Shown here piece after piece: positions 18,617 to 28,064 of a stretch of DNA of 64,000 nt. Every line of letters begins with the position of its first letter. The stretch's first letter is position 1. The DNA lies in NCBI GenBank assembly GCA_964602775.1, contig CAZRRY010000001.1, positions 75,585 to 139,584 of the forward strand. The letters run 5' to 3'. Made by a program: the position numbers and the translations under genes. The DNA is from an uncultured Candidatus Saccharibacteria bacterium. Lineage in GTDB: Bacteria; Patescibacteriota; Saccharimonadia; Saccharimonadales; Saccharimonadaceae. A model generated the notes under the pieces. The model searched no databases. It was not told the DNA's origin and saw nothing but the letters and a program-made list of their open reading frames with translations.

Positions 18617-19759
18617 TTATACGCTTTTTTTCAAAATATCGCTACCAATCGCTTGTGAGATATGGTAAAACTTATCTTTCTTGAGAAGCGCCTCAAGGCC
18701 ATGGTTGATCTCCCCGACAAGCTGCGGGCCTTCAAAAATCATACCGGTGATGAGCGCCACGAGACTGGCGCCAGCTTTGATTTTTTCGTATGCATCATCG
18801 GCACTAAACACTCCACCAACGCCAATAATCACCAACTGCTCGCCGTAGTGGCGGTATGTGTGGCGAATCAGCTGCGTGCTCAGTCGCTGTGTCGGCAGAC
18901 CACTGAGGCCGCCCTTTATATGTTCAGGAATAGGCTCTTTGAGTGCAGCATTTTCTCTGTCTTTCGCGAGATTGCCGATTGTGACACCCTGAACGTTGTG
19001 CCGCACTATCACCTCGAGAAGCAGACGAAACTCCTGCCAAGCTACGTCGATCGGCATTTTGACAAACACTGGCTTTGTAAGCCCGAGCTCGTCCACTGCA
19101 GAAAGCAGTCTATCGAGCCTGGCGGGTGTCGTAAACGGCTCTCCACCAAACGTGTTTGGGCACGATATATTGATTTCGTACAACTGACACAGCCCGCCTT
19201 GCTCCAAGATAGCGAGGCTTTGGCAATAGTCGTAGATCGCTTCTGCGTCGTCTGCACATTCGGCAGTGTTGGTTTTTGCAACAGAGATACTGAGTGGAAA
19301 ATCACGAAATACCGCTTCTGGTACCCTCTCAAGCCGGCGGGCTATATTCTCTACCCCTTGGTTCGGCAGGCCCGCGTGAACCACAAGTGCCCTCGACTTC
19401 GGGAGGCGATGAAACCACGGCTTGGGGTTGCCGTCGCACGGGCACGCTGTGATCGACCCGCCAATCATAAATCCAAAGCCGACATTGCGCAGCACGCTCG
19501 ACATATCAATATTTTTGTCAAATCCTGCCGACAGGCCGATCGGGTTTTGAAATGTCAGGCCAAACAACTCCTGCTCAAGGCGTGGAGAGCGGTGCGACCA
19601 GAGCCGAGGTAGCGCCCTCATGCCTGGCATATGGCTTACAATTTTTGCACTACGCACTAGCCGGTGGTGCACGTCGTCTGGGTGCATTCGAAACAACAAT
19701 GGCTTCGCAATATGCTTATACCCAGCCCGAGTCGCGCGCCTCACGCCGCGTCGCAACAT
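18617..19759 (-). CDS. pyrD: Quinone-dependent (class 2) dihydroorotate dehydrogenase
   Basis: GLSAGFDKN, NISCPNT, VKMP, GGLSG, IIGVGGV, GASLV; N-terminal helical extension. Confidence 0.9.
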   Translation of the reverse strand: MLRRGVRRATRAGYKHIAKPLLFRMHPDDVHHRLVRSAKIVSHMPGMRALPRLWSHRSPRLEQELFGLTFQNPIGLSAGFDKNIDMSSVLRNVGFGFMIGGSITACPCDGNPKPWFHRLPKSRALVVHAGLPNQGVENIARRLERVPEAVFRDFPLSISVAKTNTAECADDAEAIYDYCQSLAILEQGGLCQLYEINISCPNTFGGEPFTTPARLDRLLSAVDELGLTKPVFVKMPIDVAWQEFRLLLEVIVRHNVQGVTIGNLAKDRENAALKEPIPEHIKGGLSGLPTQRLSTQLIRHTYRHYGEQLVIIGVGGVFSADDAYEKIKAGASLVALITGMIFEGPQLVGEINHGLEALLKKDKFYHISQAIGSDILKKSV

Positions 19760-21055
19760 TTACAATATCTCACGACCAGCAAGATATGGTCGTAATACCT
19801 CTGGAACTCGCACATCACCAGTAGTTGTCTGGTAGTTCTCAATAATTGCCACCATGCAGCGACCAAGCGCAAATGCTGTGGCGTCATTGGTGTGGATGAG
19901 CTGTACGCCATCGTCTGTCCGTACACGTGTCTGCAGTCGCCGCGCCTGATAGTCGGTCATGTAGTCGGCGGTATGTGTCTCGCGGTATTTGCCCTGGCCT
20001 GGTAGCCATACTTCCATATCGACGCCACGAGCATTTGGCTTACCGATGTCAGCCGTGCATTTCATGAGTACATGGTATGGCAATTTGAGCTGCTGCAATA
20101 ACCACTCCTGGATCGCAATGAAGAGCAGGTGCTCATTGTAGCTATCTTTCGCCTCCGTAAAGCTCTCCATCTCAAGCTTGTCGAACTGGTGCATGCGGAT
20201 CAGGCCTTCCATATCTTTGCCGTAGGTCCCCGCTTCTTTGCGGAAGCTGGTGGCAAACCCAAGATAGCGCAGTGGCAACTGCTTGGCTTCAAAAATTTCA
20301 CCAGCATGCATACTGCCGAGCACATGCTCAGCACTCCCCTGTAGCCATAATTCTTCACCCTCAATCTTGTAGCGATCGTCGCTCGGCTGCAGTCGATCCA
20401 TTTGGTCATATGGCTCCGTGCGGATCATTAGTGGCGGCAAGACGGGCACAAAGCCTTTCGTGCTGACCTCGAGACCCGCACTCTCTGCAATCTGCTTGAT
20501 AATCTCGGGGTTGGTCAGCGAGCTCATGACAAATTGAATCACCGCCTGCTGGAGTAGGACGAGATCGCCCATAATGTAAGCAAACCGACTCCCGGCAACT
20601 TTTGCAGCCCGCTCTTTGTCGAGCCAACCTTTTGACTCGGCGATTTCGTAGTGATTTTTAGGTGCGAAATCAAAGGTTGGCTTCTCGCCCACTACCTTCA
20701 CCTCGACATTCTCATCCTCGCATGCCCCCACAGGCACATCATCCCAGGACATATTCGGAACGGCTTTGAGAAGTGTAGTATACGTTTCGTCGGCGACCCT
20801 TAAATGATCCTCGACTTCAGCCAGTTCCGTCTTGATCGTTCTTCCCTGCTCAACGAGCTCAGGAGCTGGCTTGCCACCCTTCATCAGTGAAGAAATCTCG
20901 TTTCGGCGTGCTCGAAGTTCATCGGCTTTGAGCTGCAGCTCGCGCCGTGACTCATCAGCACGCAGTAGCTCCTGAATATCGACATCGTACCCTTTTTGGG
21001 TCGAAGCGGTTTGAACAAGATCAGGGTGTTCCCGTATAAATCGGATATCTAGCAT
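19760..21055 (-). CDS. serS: Serine--tRNA ligase
   Basis: MLDIRFIRE, FRKEAG, RMHQFDKLE, HTNDATAFA. Confidence 0.97.
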   Translation of the reverse strand: MLDIRFIREHPDLVQTASTQKGYDVDIQELLRADESRRELQLKADELRARRNEISSLMKGGKPAPELVEQGRTIKTELAEVEDHLRVADETYTTLLKAVPNMSWDDVPVGACEDENVEVKVVGEKPTFDFAPKNHYEIAESKGWLDKERAAKVAGSRFAYIMGDLVLLQQAVIQFVMSSLTNPEIIKQIAESAGLEVSTKGFVPVLPPLMIRTEPYDQMDRLQPSDDRYKIEGEELWLQGSAEHVLGSMHAGEIFEAKQLPLRYLGFATSFRKEAGTYGKDMEGLIRMHQFDKLEMESFTEAKDSYNEHLLFIAIQEWLLQQLKLPYHVLMKCTADIGKPNARGVDMEVWLPGQGKYRETHTADYMTDYQARRLQTRVRTDDGVQLIHTNDATAFALGRCMVAIIENYQTTTGDVRVPEVLRPYLAGREIL

Positions 21056-21102
21056 ACTAGTTATTATACGTGACGCTAGAGAGAAGAGCCAGTGCTTTGA
21101 GC

Positions 21103-23208
21103 TTATTGCCGCAAAGTGGATCGTTTTTTTGTGAGAACAAAGATACTGAGTCCTATGAAAGCTGCCGTCAATGTATACCCAAAGAGTGCTGCCACATTAA
21201 TACCTGTCGATGCAAGCGGCTCTGCTACAACTCCAATGTAGATTGGATCAACAATCACGCCATTGGCAACCCCATCCTCGTCATATATACCACCATCAAC
21301 AAGCGTGTAGTCTAGCGTAGTTGAGAAAACTCCATTGACAGTTGTGTTTTTTATGAGAATCTGGCCTGTAATATCTCTGAGTGTACCAGTTGAGTCCTTC
21401 TTGTAGGCGCGTAACTTTGATACATCTTGGTAGCTTGACCCTAGTGTGAGAGTCAGTGGCGCAGATCCACCATCAGCAACACAGTTGAGATTAAAAGACA
21501 GTCCACCTACGATAGACACGTTTGCGCTTGGTGACTGCACACCTGTGTTATCCAGAAGTGTAATTGAGTTTGAGTCAATAGTGTAACAAGTCGAAGAAGT
21601 CACTGATAACGTTGCCTTGCTAATCGCCTGGTTGACAGTGGTAGCGGGGGCAACAGTACTAATATCAACTGTCGTGGTAGCGGCGCCTTCGATACCCGCG
21701 AGGTAAAGTCTTCCGCCTGATACTGACCCCACGACCCGAGTCCCATCACTGTTCGATACGACAGCGCTCCAGTATCGCTCAGCAGGTGTCGACTCTGTCT
21801 TCCACGATACTCCTGCATCTCGCGAGGTATAGAGATATCCGTCGCCTGTGCCCGCTATAATTCTGCTTCCATCCGCGCTGGAGGCGAGCGCCGTCCAAAT
21901 ACGGCTGCCGGCTGCTGTGCGCTCCACCCAGGTAGCGCCACTGTCAGCTGAGGTATAGATATACCCACTGCTCACCGATGCGGCCAGTCTTGTACCATCA
22001 CTACTTGATGCTACGCCCGTCCAGTTTCTCTGGCCAGCGCTCGACTGCACCGTCCACGAAACACCTGCATCGGCTGAAGTATAGACGCGAGCAGAATATT
22101 CGGTGGCACCGACAAGTTTCGTCCCATCGCTATTCGTCGCGAGCGCTCTCCATGCGCCTGATTCGATTACTGTACGCGCAGTCCACGTAGCGCCTGAGTC
22201 GACAGATATATAGATCGGCTTACCTGTAGCTGCTACTACCAATTTTGCAAAATCTGACGAAACTGCCATTGCACAGCCACTCGCATTGCATCTTGAACCA
22301 AGATCATTTTGCATCCATGTTGCACCCGCATCGGATGAGATATACAGCACAGTTCCGCTTATTGCAGCAATACCTGCCGCATTGTTAGTCATCGAAATAG
22401 CACTCCAGCTTCGTGCGCCAGAGGCTGTTTGCCCAGTCCAGTTCACCCCCGAGTCGCTCGAGGTGTAGATGTTGTCGTTGTATGTTGTTGCGGCTAACCG
22501 AGTGCTATCACCCGCAGCAAACACAATTCGCTGCCAATAGTGCGACCCCGACCCCAGTTACTGTGTCCATGTTACGCCAGAATCTGTAGATGTATAGACA
22601 TAATCATATGGTGCGGCAATCGCCAGTGTCGAACCGTTAGAATTACTTGCAAAACTACTTGCGCCGATTGGCAATGTACGCTGATTCCAAGTTGCTCCCA
22701 TATCTGTAGATACGTATAGCGAAGATCCTGCCTGTGCATACAGTTTGGTGCCGTCACCACTCACGGTGACCGATTGCCATAGCTGCTGACCAGTGCCGGT
22801 GCGTTCACTCCACGTAACACCTGAATCGCTTGACGTGTAAATATAGCTACTGTTGCCGGTGTAATTACTTGCGCTTGCACCATAGGCAGCAAGCTTCGTA
22901 CCATCACTACTCATTGCAATTGCCTGCCAGTAGCGCAATCCTGGACTGGTTCGTTCGGCCCATGTAGCACCCGAGTCTGATGACGTGTAGATATAGCCAT
23001 CATCTACGACTGCCGCCAATTTCACTCCATTGCTACTTGAGGCAATCGCCTTCCAGCTCATGACATCACCTGTGATTCCTGCGCTTGAGCTCTGCCACGC
23101 GTAGTCACCAGGCAGCGCAAATACTGCCATCGACACATACGGAGATACCACCAAACTTACTGCAACGACAATTGCTGCAACAGTCGTCCTTAGTTTTCCC
23201 ACGCTCAA
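21103..23208 (-). pseudogene. Asp-box/BNR beta-propeller surface protein with choice-of-anchor-U-like domain, interrupted by an in-frame TAA
   Basis: The two ORFs share a frame (22557-22524=33); about 11 repeats of the type ASSSDGTKL..YTSSDSGATW; TAA at 22558-22560; DGGIYDEDGVANGVIVDP; LASTG, TM and basic tail. Confidence 0.85.
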
Positions 23209-23411
23209 TAATGTCTGATACCGACTCCTACAACTCCGAACCGTGCCAGTCCCCTTCTTTTCTCACCCTAATGCACCTTTTTCTGTTGATATAATGAACT
23301 TGTACAAGCATCACTATAGCCCTGCCACCAAAAAAGCACAAGTGCTATTGTCCTATTCCAGAATCAGCTGTGATTTCCGACAAAGCGCTGATGTGCATCA
23401 CCGAAAAAACT

Positions 23412-23750
23412 CTATGGCAGCCGCAGTGCTACCCTCGCCATCCTTTTTGAAGTGAGGTCGATCAAAAGTAGCAACTCGTCGCGCTCTTTGGTCAATCGAT
23501 CGATCTCATAGCCGTGAATATCTATTTCTATTTTGTCGGCATTACGTTTTTGACGCATATCCACTCCTTGCATATCACCAGCGTGCCCCGCACGATCACT
23601 ACAGACCAACTGGCTTAAACGCAGTTCTCGAATCTTTGCCTGTATCGCAGCGAGTCGTTCGTTGGCCTGCGAGAAAGTTACTTGTGGATTATTTTTTAGG
23701 TCGTATCGCTGCGCGAGTTTTGCTTCCTTGAATCTACTACGAATTGTCAT
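23412..23750 (-). CDS. Hypothetical protein (112 aa, helical)
   Basis: ORF fills the intergenic gap on the same strand as its neighbours; no motif. Confidence 0.55.
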   Translation of the reverse strand: MTIRSRFKEAKLAQRYDLKNNPQVTFSQANERLAAIQAKIRELRLSQLVCSDRAGHAGDMQGVDMRQKRNADKIEIDIHGYEIDRLTKERDELLLLIDLTSKRMARVALRLP

Positions 23751-23792
23751 TGTTCTTGTCTCGCGTCTTTTTGGTACAGCATTGTTTGCGCT

Positions 23793-25157
23793 CTACTCAG
23801 TTCTTAGCGCTTCGATTGGGTCGAGGCGGGCGGCTTTGCGAGCTGGGAACCAGCCAGCAACGACGGCTATGATGACGAGGACGCCGATAAGTGCTGCAAT
23901 CTGCCACCAGACAAAATTAAGGATCCGCGTGTCTCCGATATCCAGCCACTTCGAAATCTGCGGATTCATAAGCGTACCTACCACGTAGGCTACTAGCGAC
24001 CCGAGCATGCCGCCCAAGAATCCAATCCACGCTGCCTCGTAACGAAAGAGCTTTGCAATCGCTCGCCTGGGCATGCCGAGTGCTTTCATGAGCCCGATCT
24101 GGCTAGTGCGTTCGAGCACGCTGATATACTGCGTGTTGATAATCCCAAATACACTCGCAAATAGTGTCAATAGGCCAAAGCCAATCACAATCCCCTGCAA
24201 CGTATTGACGATCGTAAACAACATACCTTGAGCATCTTTGGCGGTTTGGGCGACATAGCCTTTTTGCTCGAGCTCGGCCTTGATCGTGGCTGGTTCTCTG
24301 CCAGGCTTGGCGAGTGCTGATACGCCCATGTACTTACCTGCTACACTTGTCCCCGCACTAGCAAATTCATTGATCTGCTTGGCGCTATTGGCAGAAACGA
24401 GCAGCTTTGGCGCCGCTCCAAGCGACATGTTGCTCTTTTTTTGGACTGCTCTCACGGTATAGTGGTAGTCTTGCTCGACCGGCTGCAGTAGCTTCTGTAC
24501 TGCTTCTGTGCCACCCGACAAAAACGCTGCCTGAATCTGCTCTTCGCTAGCCGACGTTTTTTGCTGCACAAACGCAATTGTGACGCGTGTTCCGACAAGA
24601 CTCTCTGCCGTCAGCCCCAGCTTTTCGACATAGGCTTGCGGCACTACAATCTCATTATCGGCAATCTGCTTGCCAAGCTCAGGCAGCGATCCAGCACTCG
24701 CCTCGTTCAAAATCGTCACATCATAAAAATCAACCGCTCCGATGTATTTTTTGTCAGAACCAACGAAGCTCACCCATTTTGGACTCAGCTGATAAATCGG
24801 TACGATCGTGGTCAAATCTCCCCGCGATTCAAGATACGCAAGATCGGCATCATTGAGCTGCTTCATCGTCGCGCCTGGACGACCACTTGAGGCCATCGTC
24901 ACATCGGGGTCATATTCTCTCAGCCCGACATCGCCACCTTCGCCAAACAGTGTCTTGTCTTTGACGACAAATACTGCTCGTGGGTCGACGTTGTTTTGGA
25001 GAAGTTTGTCGGCATAATCTCTCGTGCCCTGCCCGGCTGCCAGCGCCATAGTGAGTGTAAACGCACCGACACCGATCGCCAGGCTCGTCAAAATCGTACG
25101 CCCTTTCGCTTGCTGCAAATTGCGGCCAGCTCTTCGTAAAATATCAATCCGCTTCAT
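23793..25157 (-). CDS. ABC transporter permease (MacB/FtsX-like)
   Basis: RTILTSLAIGVG, SVLERTSQIGLMKALG, PARKAARLDPIEALRTE; start at MKRID. Confidence 0.92.
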   Translation of the reverse strand: MKRIDILRRAGRNLQQAKGRTILTSLAIGVGAFTLTMALAAGQGTRDYADKLLQNNVDPRAVFVVKDKTLFGEGGDVGLREYDPDVTMASSGRPGATMKQLNDADLAYLESRGDLTTIVPIYQLSPKWVSFVGSDKKYIGAVDFYDVTILNEASAGSLPELGKQIADNEIVVPQAYVEKLGLTAESLVGTRVTIAFVQQKTSASEEQIQAAFLSGGTEAVQKLLQPVEQDYHYTVRAVQKKSNMSLGAAPKLLVSANSAKQINEFASAGTSVAGKYMGVSALAKPGREPATIKAELEQKGYVAQTAKDAQGMLFTIVNTLQGIVIGFGLLTLFASVFGIINTQYISVLERTSQIGLMKALGMPRRAIAKLFRYEAAWIGFLGGMLGSLVAYVVGTLMNPQISKWLDIGDTRILNFVWWQIAALIGVLVIIAVVAGWFPARKAARLDPIEALRTE

Positions 25158-25158
25158 A

Positions 25159-25839
25159 CTACCTCCCTCCCACGACTCGCACAAGTTTGCCGTCTTTGAT
25201 ATACACCTGCATATCGCATTTTTTGGCGAGATCAAGGTCGTGCGTCACCACAATCAGAGTCGTCCCCCGCTGTTTGTTGTAGCTAAATAGTAAGTCTTCG
25301 ATTTGTTCACCGGTCGTGCTATCGAGATTTCCTGTTGGCTCATCGGCAAACAAAATCGCCGGGTCGTTGACAATTGCTCGCGCTATTGCGAGCCGCTGCT
25401 TCTGTCCACCAGACAAATCGCGAGCGCGTGATTTTACTTTGTCGTCGAGACCAACAGCTTTGAGAGCCTTGAGCACTTTGGCTTTACGTCGACTAGCTGG
25501 CACTCGCGCAATCTCAAGTGGCAAGCTCACATTGTTGTAGCAACTCTCGTTGCCCTGCACAAAAAAACTCTGAAAAATAAACGCCATTTTTTGACTGCGA
25601 AAGATATCGACAGCTTTTTGTTTAAACGTCAAAATATCTTCACCGTCGATCACAATCTTGCCAGTCTCTGGCCGATCAAGCCCACTCATGGCATGCATCA
25701 GCGTGCTCTTGCCGCTCCCGCTCTTGCCCACAATTGCCACGCTGGCGCCTTCGGGAATCGTGAAAGAAACGTCATCGAGCGCCGTGAAAAGGTTTTTCTT
25801 TTTGCCGTAGGTTTTTGTGAGCGACGAAACTTCAATCAT
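25159..25839 (-). CDS. ABC transporter ATP-binding protein (LolD/MacB-like)
   Basis: [25 protein letters not shown]. Confidence 0.94.
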   Translation of the reverse strand: MIEVSSLTKTYGKKKNLFTALDDVSFTIPEGASVAIVGKSGSGKSTLMHAMSGLDRPETGKIVIDGEDILTFKQKAVDIFRSQKMAFIFQSFFVQGNESCYNNVSLPLEIARVPASRRKAKVLKALKAVGLDDKVKSRARDLSGGQKQRLAIARAIVNDPAILFADEPTGNLDSTTGEQIEDLLFSYNKQRGTTLIVVTHDLDLAKKCDMQVYIKDGKLVRVVGGR

Positions 25840-25842
25840 ACA

Positions 25843-26316
25843 TTACCACTCGCCCCGCTTACGCGCCCCCCATATTGAGAAAACGAAGACCGCGATTGCG
25901 CCTCCAAAGGCGATAAATTGGACGCAGTAGTACATGACTTGCATCAGAGCCACTTGCTGATGTGCCGTCTGCAGATCGGCTGCCCCTCCTCCAAACCAAT
26001 CGGTAGGAATATAATTAAGCACTCCACTAATTGCGACGAGCAGTAAGATAATAGCAAAAGCAGCCACCGATGTTTCGAATAGCGTTGCAAGGCTGAGATC
26101 GCGCCGTTTGCGTGTGAAATACACGATGACAAATGCAACAAGCGGCGCAAAAAGTATCAACATTTGTGGAAAGAACACATCCCACCCTCCGCCATTTGAT
26201 CGCATTGCTTGTATAGCCATGTCAAGCAGCGTCATCGCATACCATGCGCCGAGGCCGATAAAAAATAGTTTCTGTAGACTCCGTGGTGTCGTATATTTCG
26301 ATTTAGTAGTACTCAT
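25843..26316 (-). CDS. Hypothetical 4-TM membrane protein
   Basis: Four hydrophobic segments; ATG at 26316 lies 6 nt after a TATACT. Confidence 0.7.
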   Translation of the reverse strand: MSTTKSKYTTPRSLQKLFFIGLGAWYAMTLLDMAIQAMRSNGGGWDVFFPQMLILFAPLVAFVIVYFTRKRRDLSLATLFETSVAAFAIILLLVAISGVLNYIPTDWFGGGAADLQTAHQQVALMQVMYYCVQFIAFGGAIAVFVFSIWGARKRGEW

Positions 26317-26427
26317 GCTAGTAGTATAGCCCCGATTCGACATAAGCGAAAGTGGTAATTTCAAGCCACCACCACTAAAAGGGACTGTAGTGGCAACCGT
26401 TGTCTTGTTTTCGTATTGTGGCCCTAC

Positions 26428-26456
26428 TTGTCGAGCTATCATGCTTATGATACGAT
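26428..26456 (+). promoter_or_regulatory. Promoter of the coiled-coil gene
   Basis: TTGTCG, 17 bp spacer ending GCTTATGA, TACGAT. Confidence 0.5.
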
Positions 26457-26483
26457 GCAAGCAAACACTAAAAGGAACAAACA

Positions 26484-27737
26484 ATGTCAGAGACACGCCG
26501 AGCAACAAGACCCGTCATGACGATCGAAGGCCCACGGCCTGATGAACCATCAGTGTCGGAAGCACCAGATATACCACCAGATGAGATCCCAGGGCCTGAA
26601 ACACAAGAAGAGCCCACCTTTGCAGAAACAGCCGAAGCACCCCAGGACACGGTAGCTGAGCAGCAAGAATCTCCTCAAGACACCGAACTTCGATACACCG
26701 ATGCAGAGATCCTCGGCAAGCGCTACCCTGTGCGCAGAGCCATCCGCGAAGCAGGCAATCAACGCATTGCCGCCATCGAATCAGCCAAGGCGCGCTGGCA
26801 AAACGCACGCGATACACCAGCCAAGCTACGACTGGGACTTTCTCAGTCTGTCACCAAGGGATTACTTGACCGCCAATTGAGAAAATTCGAAGAAGTAAAG
26901 GACTTGCCTGCCAATAGTCGCCTGAGAAGGCGTCGGGAGAAAAAGCTGTTAAATGCACAAGCGCGGCATACCAAGGCCAAAAATGCGTACGACACTCATA
27001 CTGGCACTATGAAAGATCGAGTCGACGCAGTCGGAAGAAACAAAGAAGCCCGCCGCGACACCTATATCGCCGAACTTCGCCTGCGACGAGAAAAAGCGCT
27101 CGCCCGCAAAACAATGCGTCATGAGTTACGCAGTCAAGGCGCATCATGGCTCGAAACGCGTGCGATCATTAAAGATATTCCCAAAGAGCATCTCGACCGT
27201 GTCGGTGCTATCGCTGCAATCGCTGCCACTAGCACACGCCTTGCCCGACAGGCAGAACGCCACGTCTCACAGTCAGCCAGACAAGAAACGAAGCTCGCCC
27301 AGTCGCTCGAAACCAACCGGGCACAAGCCCAGCAGTACGCCGGTGAGGCTCGTGCGGCGAGCGACACACTTCAGGAAATCCAAGACATTCATCTGCCCGC
27401 GGCCGAGCAACGTGTCGGTGAACTGAGAGCGCAGATCAGCGAGCTCGCAGACGACGACAACATTGGTCTCCTTTCGCTCACTTCACAACTCCAAGAGGCC
27501 GAGCAGCAAGTCAAGATCTACCAAGAGCGCGAGATACCATACTGGCACAGTGTCGCTGAAGAGAGCCGTCGCAAAGTTGCCGAGCTCGATAGCCAACACG
27601 ACGCAGGCCAAGAACAGCTTCGCACTCAAAAAGCTGCTACCGCACAGACTTCTGAGACTGCCGACAGCTACCTCGCTCGTGCAAGCCGAGAAGCTGCCGC
27701 GCGAGACGCAGCCGCCCAAGAAGCATCAAATGAATAA
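26484..27737 (+). CDS. Hypothetical coiled-coil protein with Pro/Glu-rich N-terminus
   Basis: 417-aa ORF, highly charged and helical, with an SD-like AAGGA. Confidence 0.75.
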   Translation: MSETRRATRPVMTIEGPRPDEPSVSEAPDIPPDEIPGPETQEEPTFAETAEAPQDTVAEQQESPQDTELRYTDAEILGKRYPVRRAIREAGNQRIAAIESAKARWQNARDTPAKLRLGLSQSVTKGLLDRQLRKFEEVKDLPANSRLRRRREKKLLNAQARHTKAKNAYDTHTGTMKDRVDAVGRNKEARRDTYIAELRLRREKALARKTMRHELRSQGASWLETRAIIKDIPKEHLDRVGAIAAIAATSTRLARQAERHVSQSARQETKLAQSLETNRAQAQQYAGEARAASDTLQEIQDIHLPAAEQRVGELRAQISELADDDNIGLLSLTSQLQEAEQQVKIYQEREIPYWHSVAEESRRKVAELDSQHDAGQEQLRTQKAATAQTSETADSYLARASREAAARDAAAQEASNE

Positions 27738-27755
27738 TACTGAAAGGATTTCTCT

Positions 27756-28052
27756 ATGCCACTACTAACCCGTACCCTACTCGAAGATCTAGGCCTCAAT
27801 CTCAGTGAAGCAGATTTCACGTCACTCTCCGAGCACTTCGAATCAACACTCGATCACCGAGTCATCAACGAAATCGTCATGGAACTCGAACCAGATCAAG
27901 CCAAACAGCTCGCTACCATGCAACAGTCGAGCGACGAAGAGCTCCTCGCCTGGCTGCAAGCCAATGTCCCGAGTTTCGCTGATATCGTCTCAGATGAAGT
28001 CGACATTCTCCTCGGCGAGCTTGCCGACAGTAGTGCAGCGCTTGACGCCTAG
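27756..28052 (+). CDS. DUF5663-like small acidic protein
   Basis: LLEDLGL..HFESTLDHRV..EI..ELEPDQ..L..WL..NVP.F..IV.DE pattern typical of Saccharibacteria (recalled). Confidence 0.7.
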   Translation: MPLLTRTLLEDLGLNLSEADFTSLSEHFESTLDHRVINEIVMELEPDQAKQLATMQQSSDEELLAWLQANVPSFADIVSDEVDILLGELADSSAALDA

Positions 28053-28064
28053 AGTAGCCGTCTA

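Noticed and set aside
16988-22560. Stop-codon reassignment (TAG/TAA read as Gln) to explain the two in-frame stops
   Set aside because: TAG, TAA and TGA all end conserved genes at their expected C-termini in this window (e.g. rpmA TAG, prfA TAA), and both RF1 and RF2 are intact
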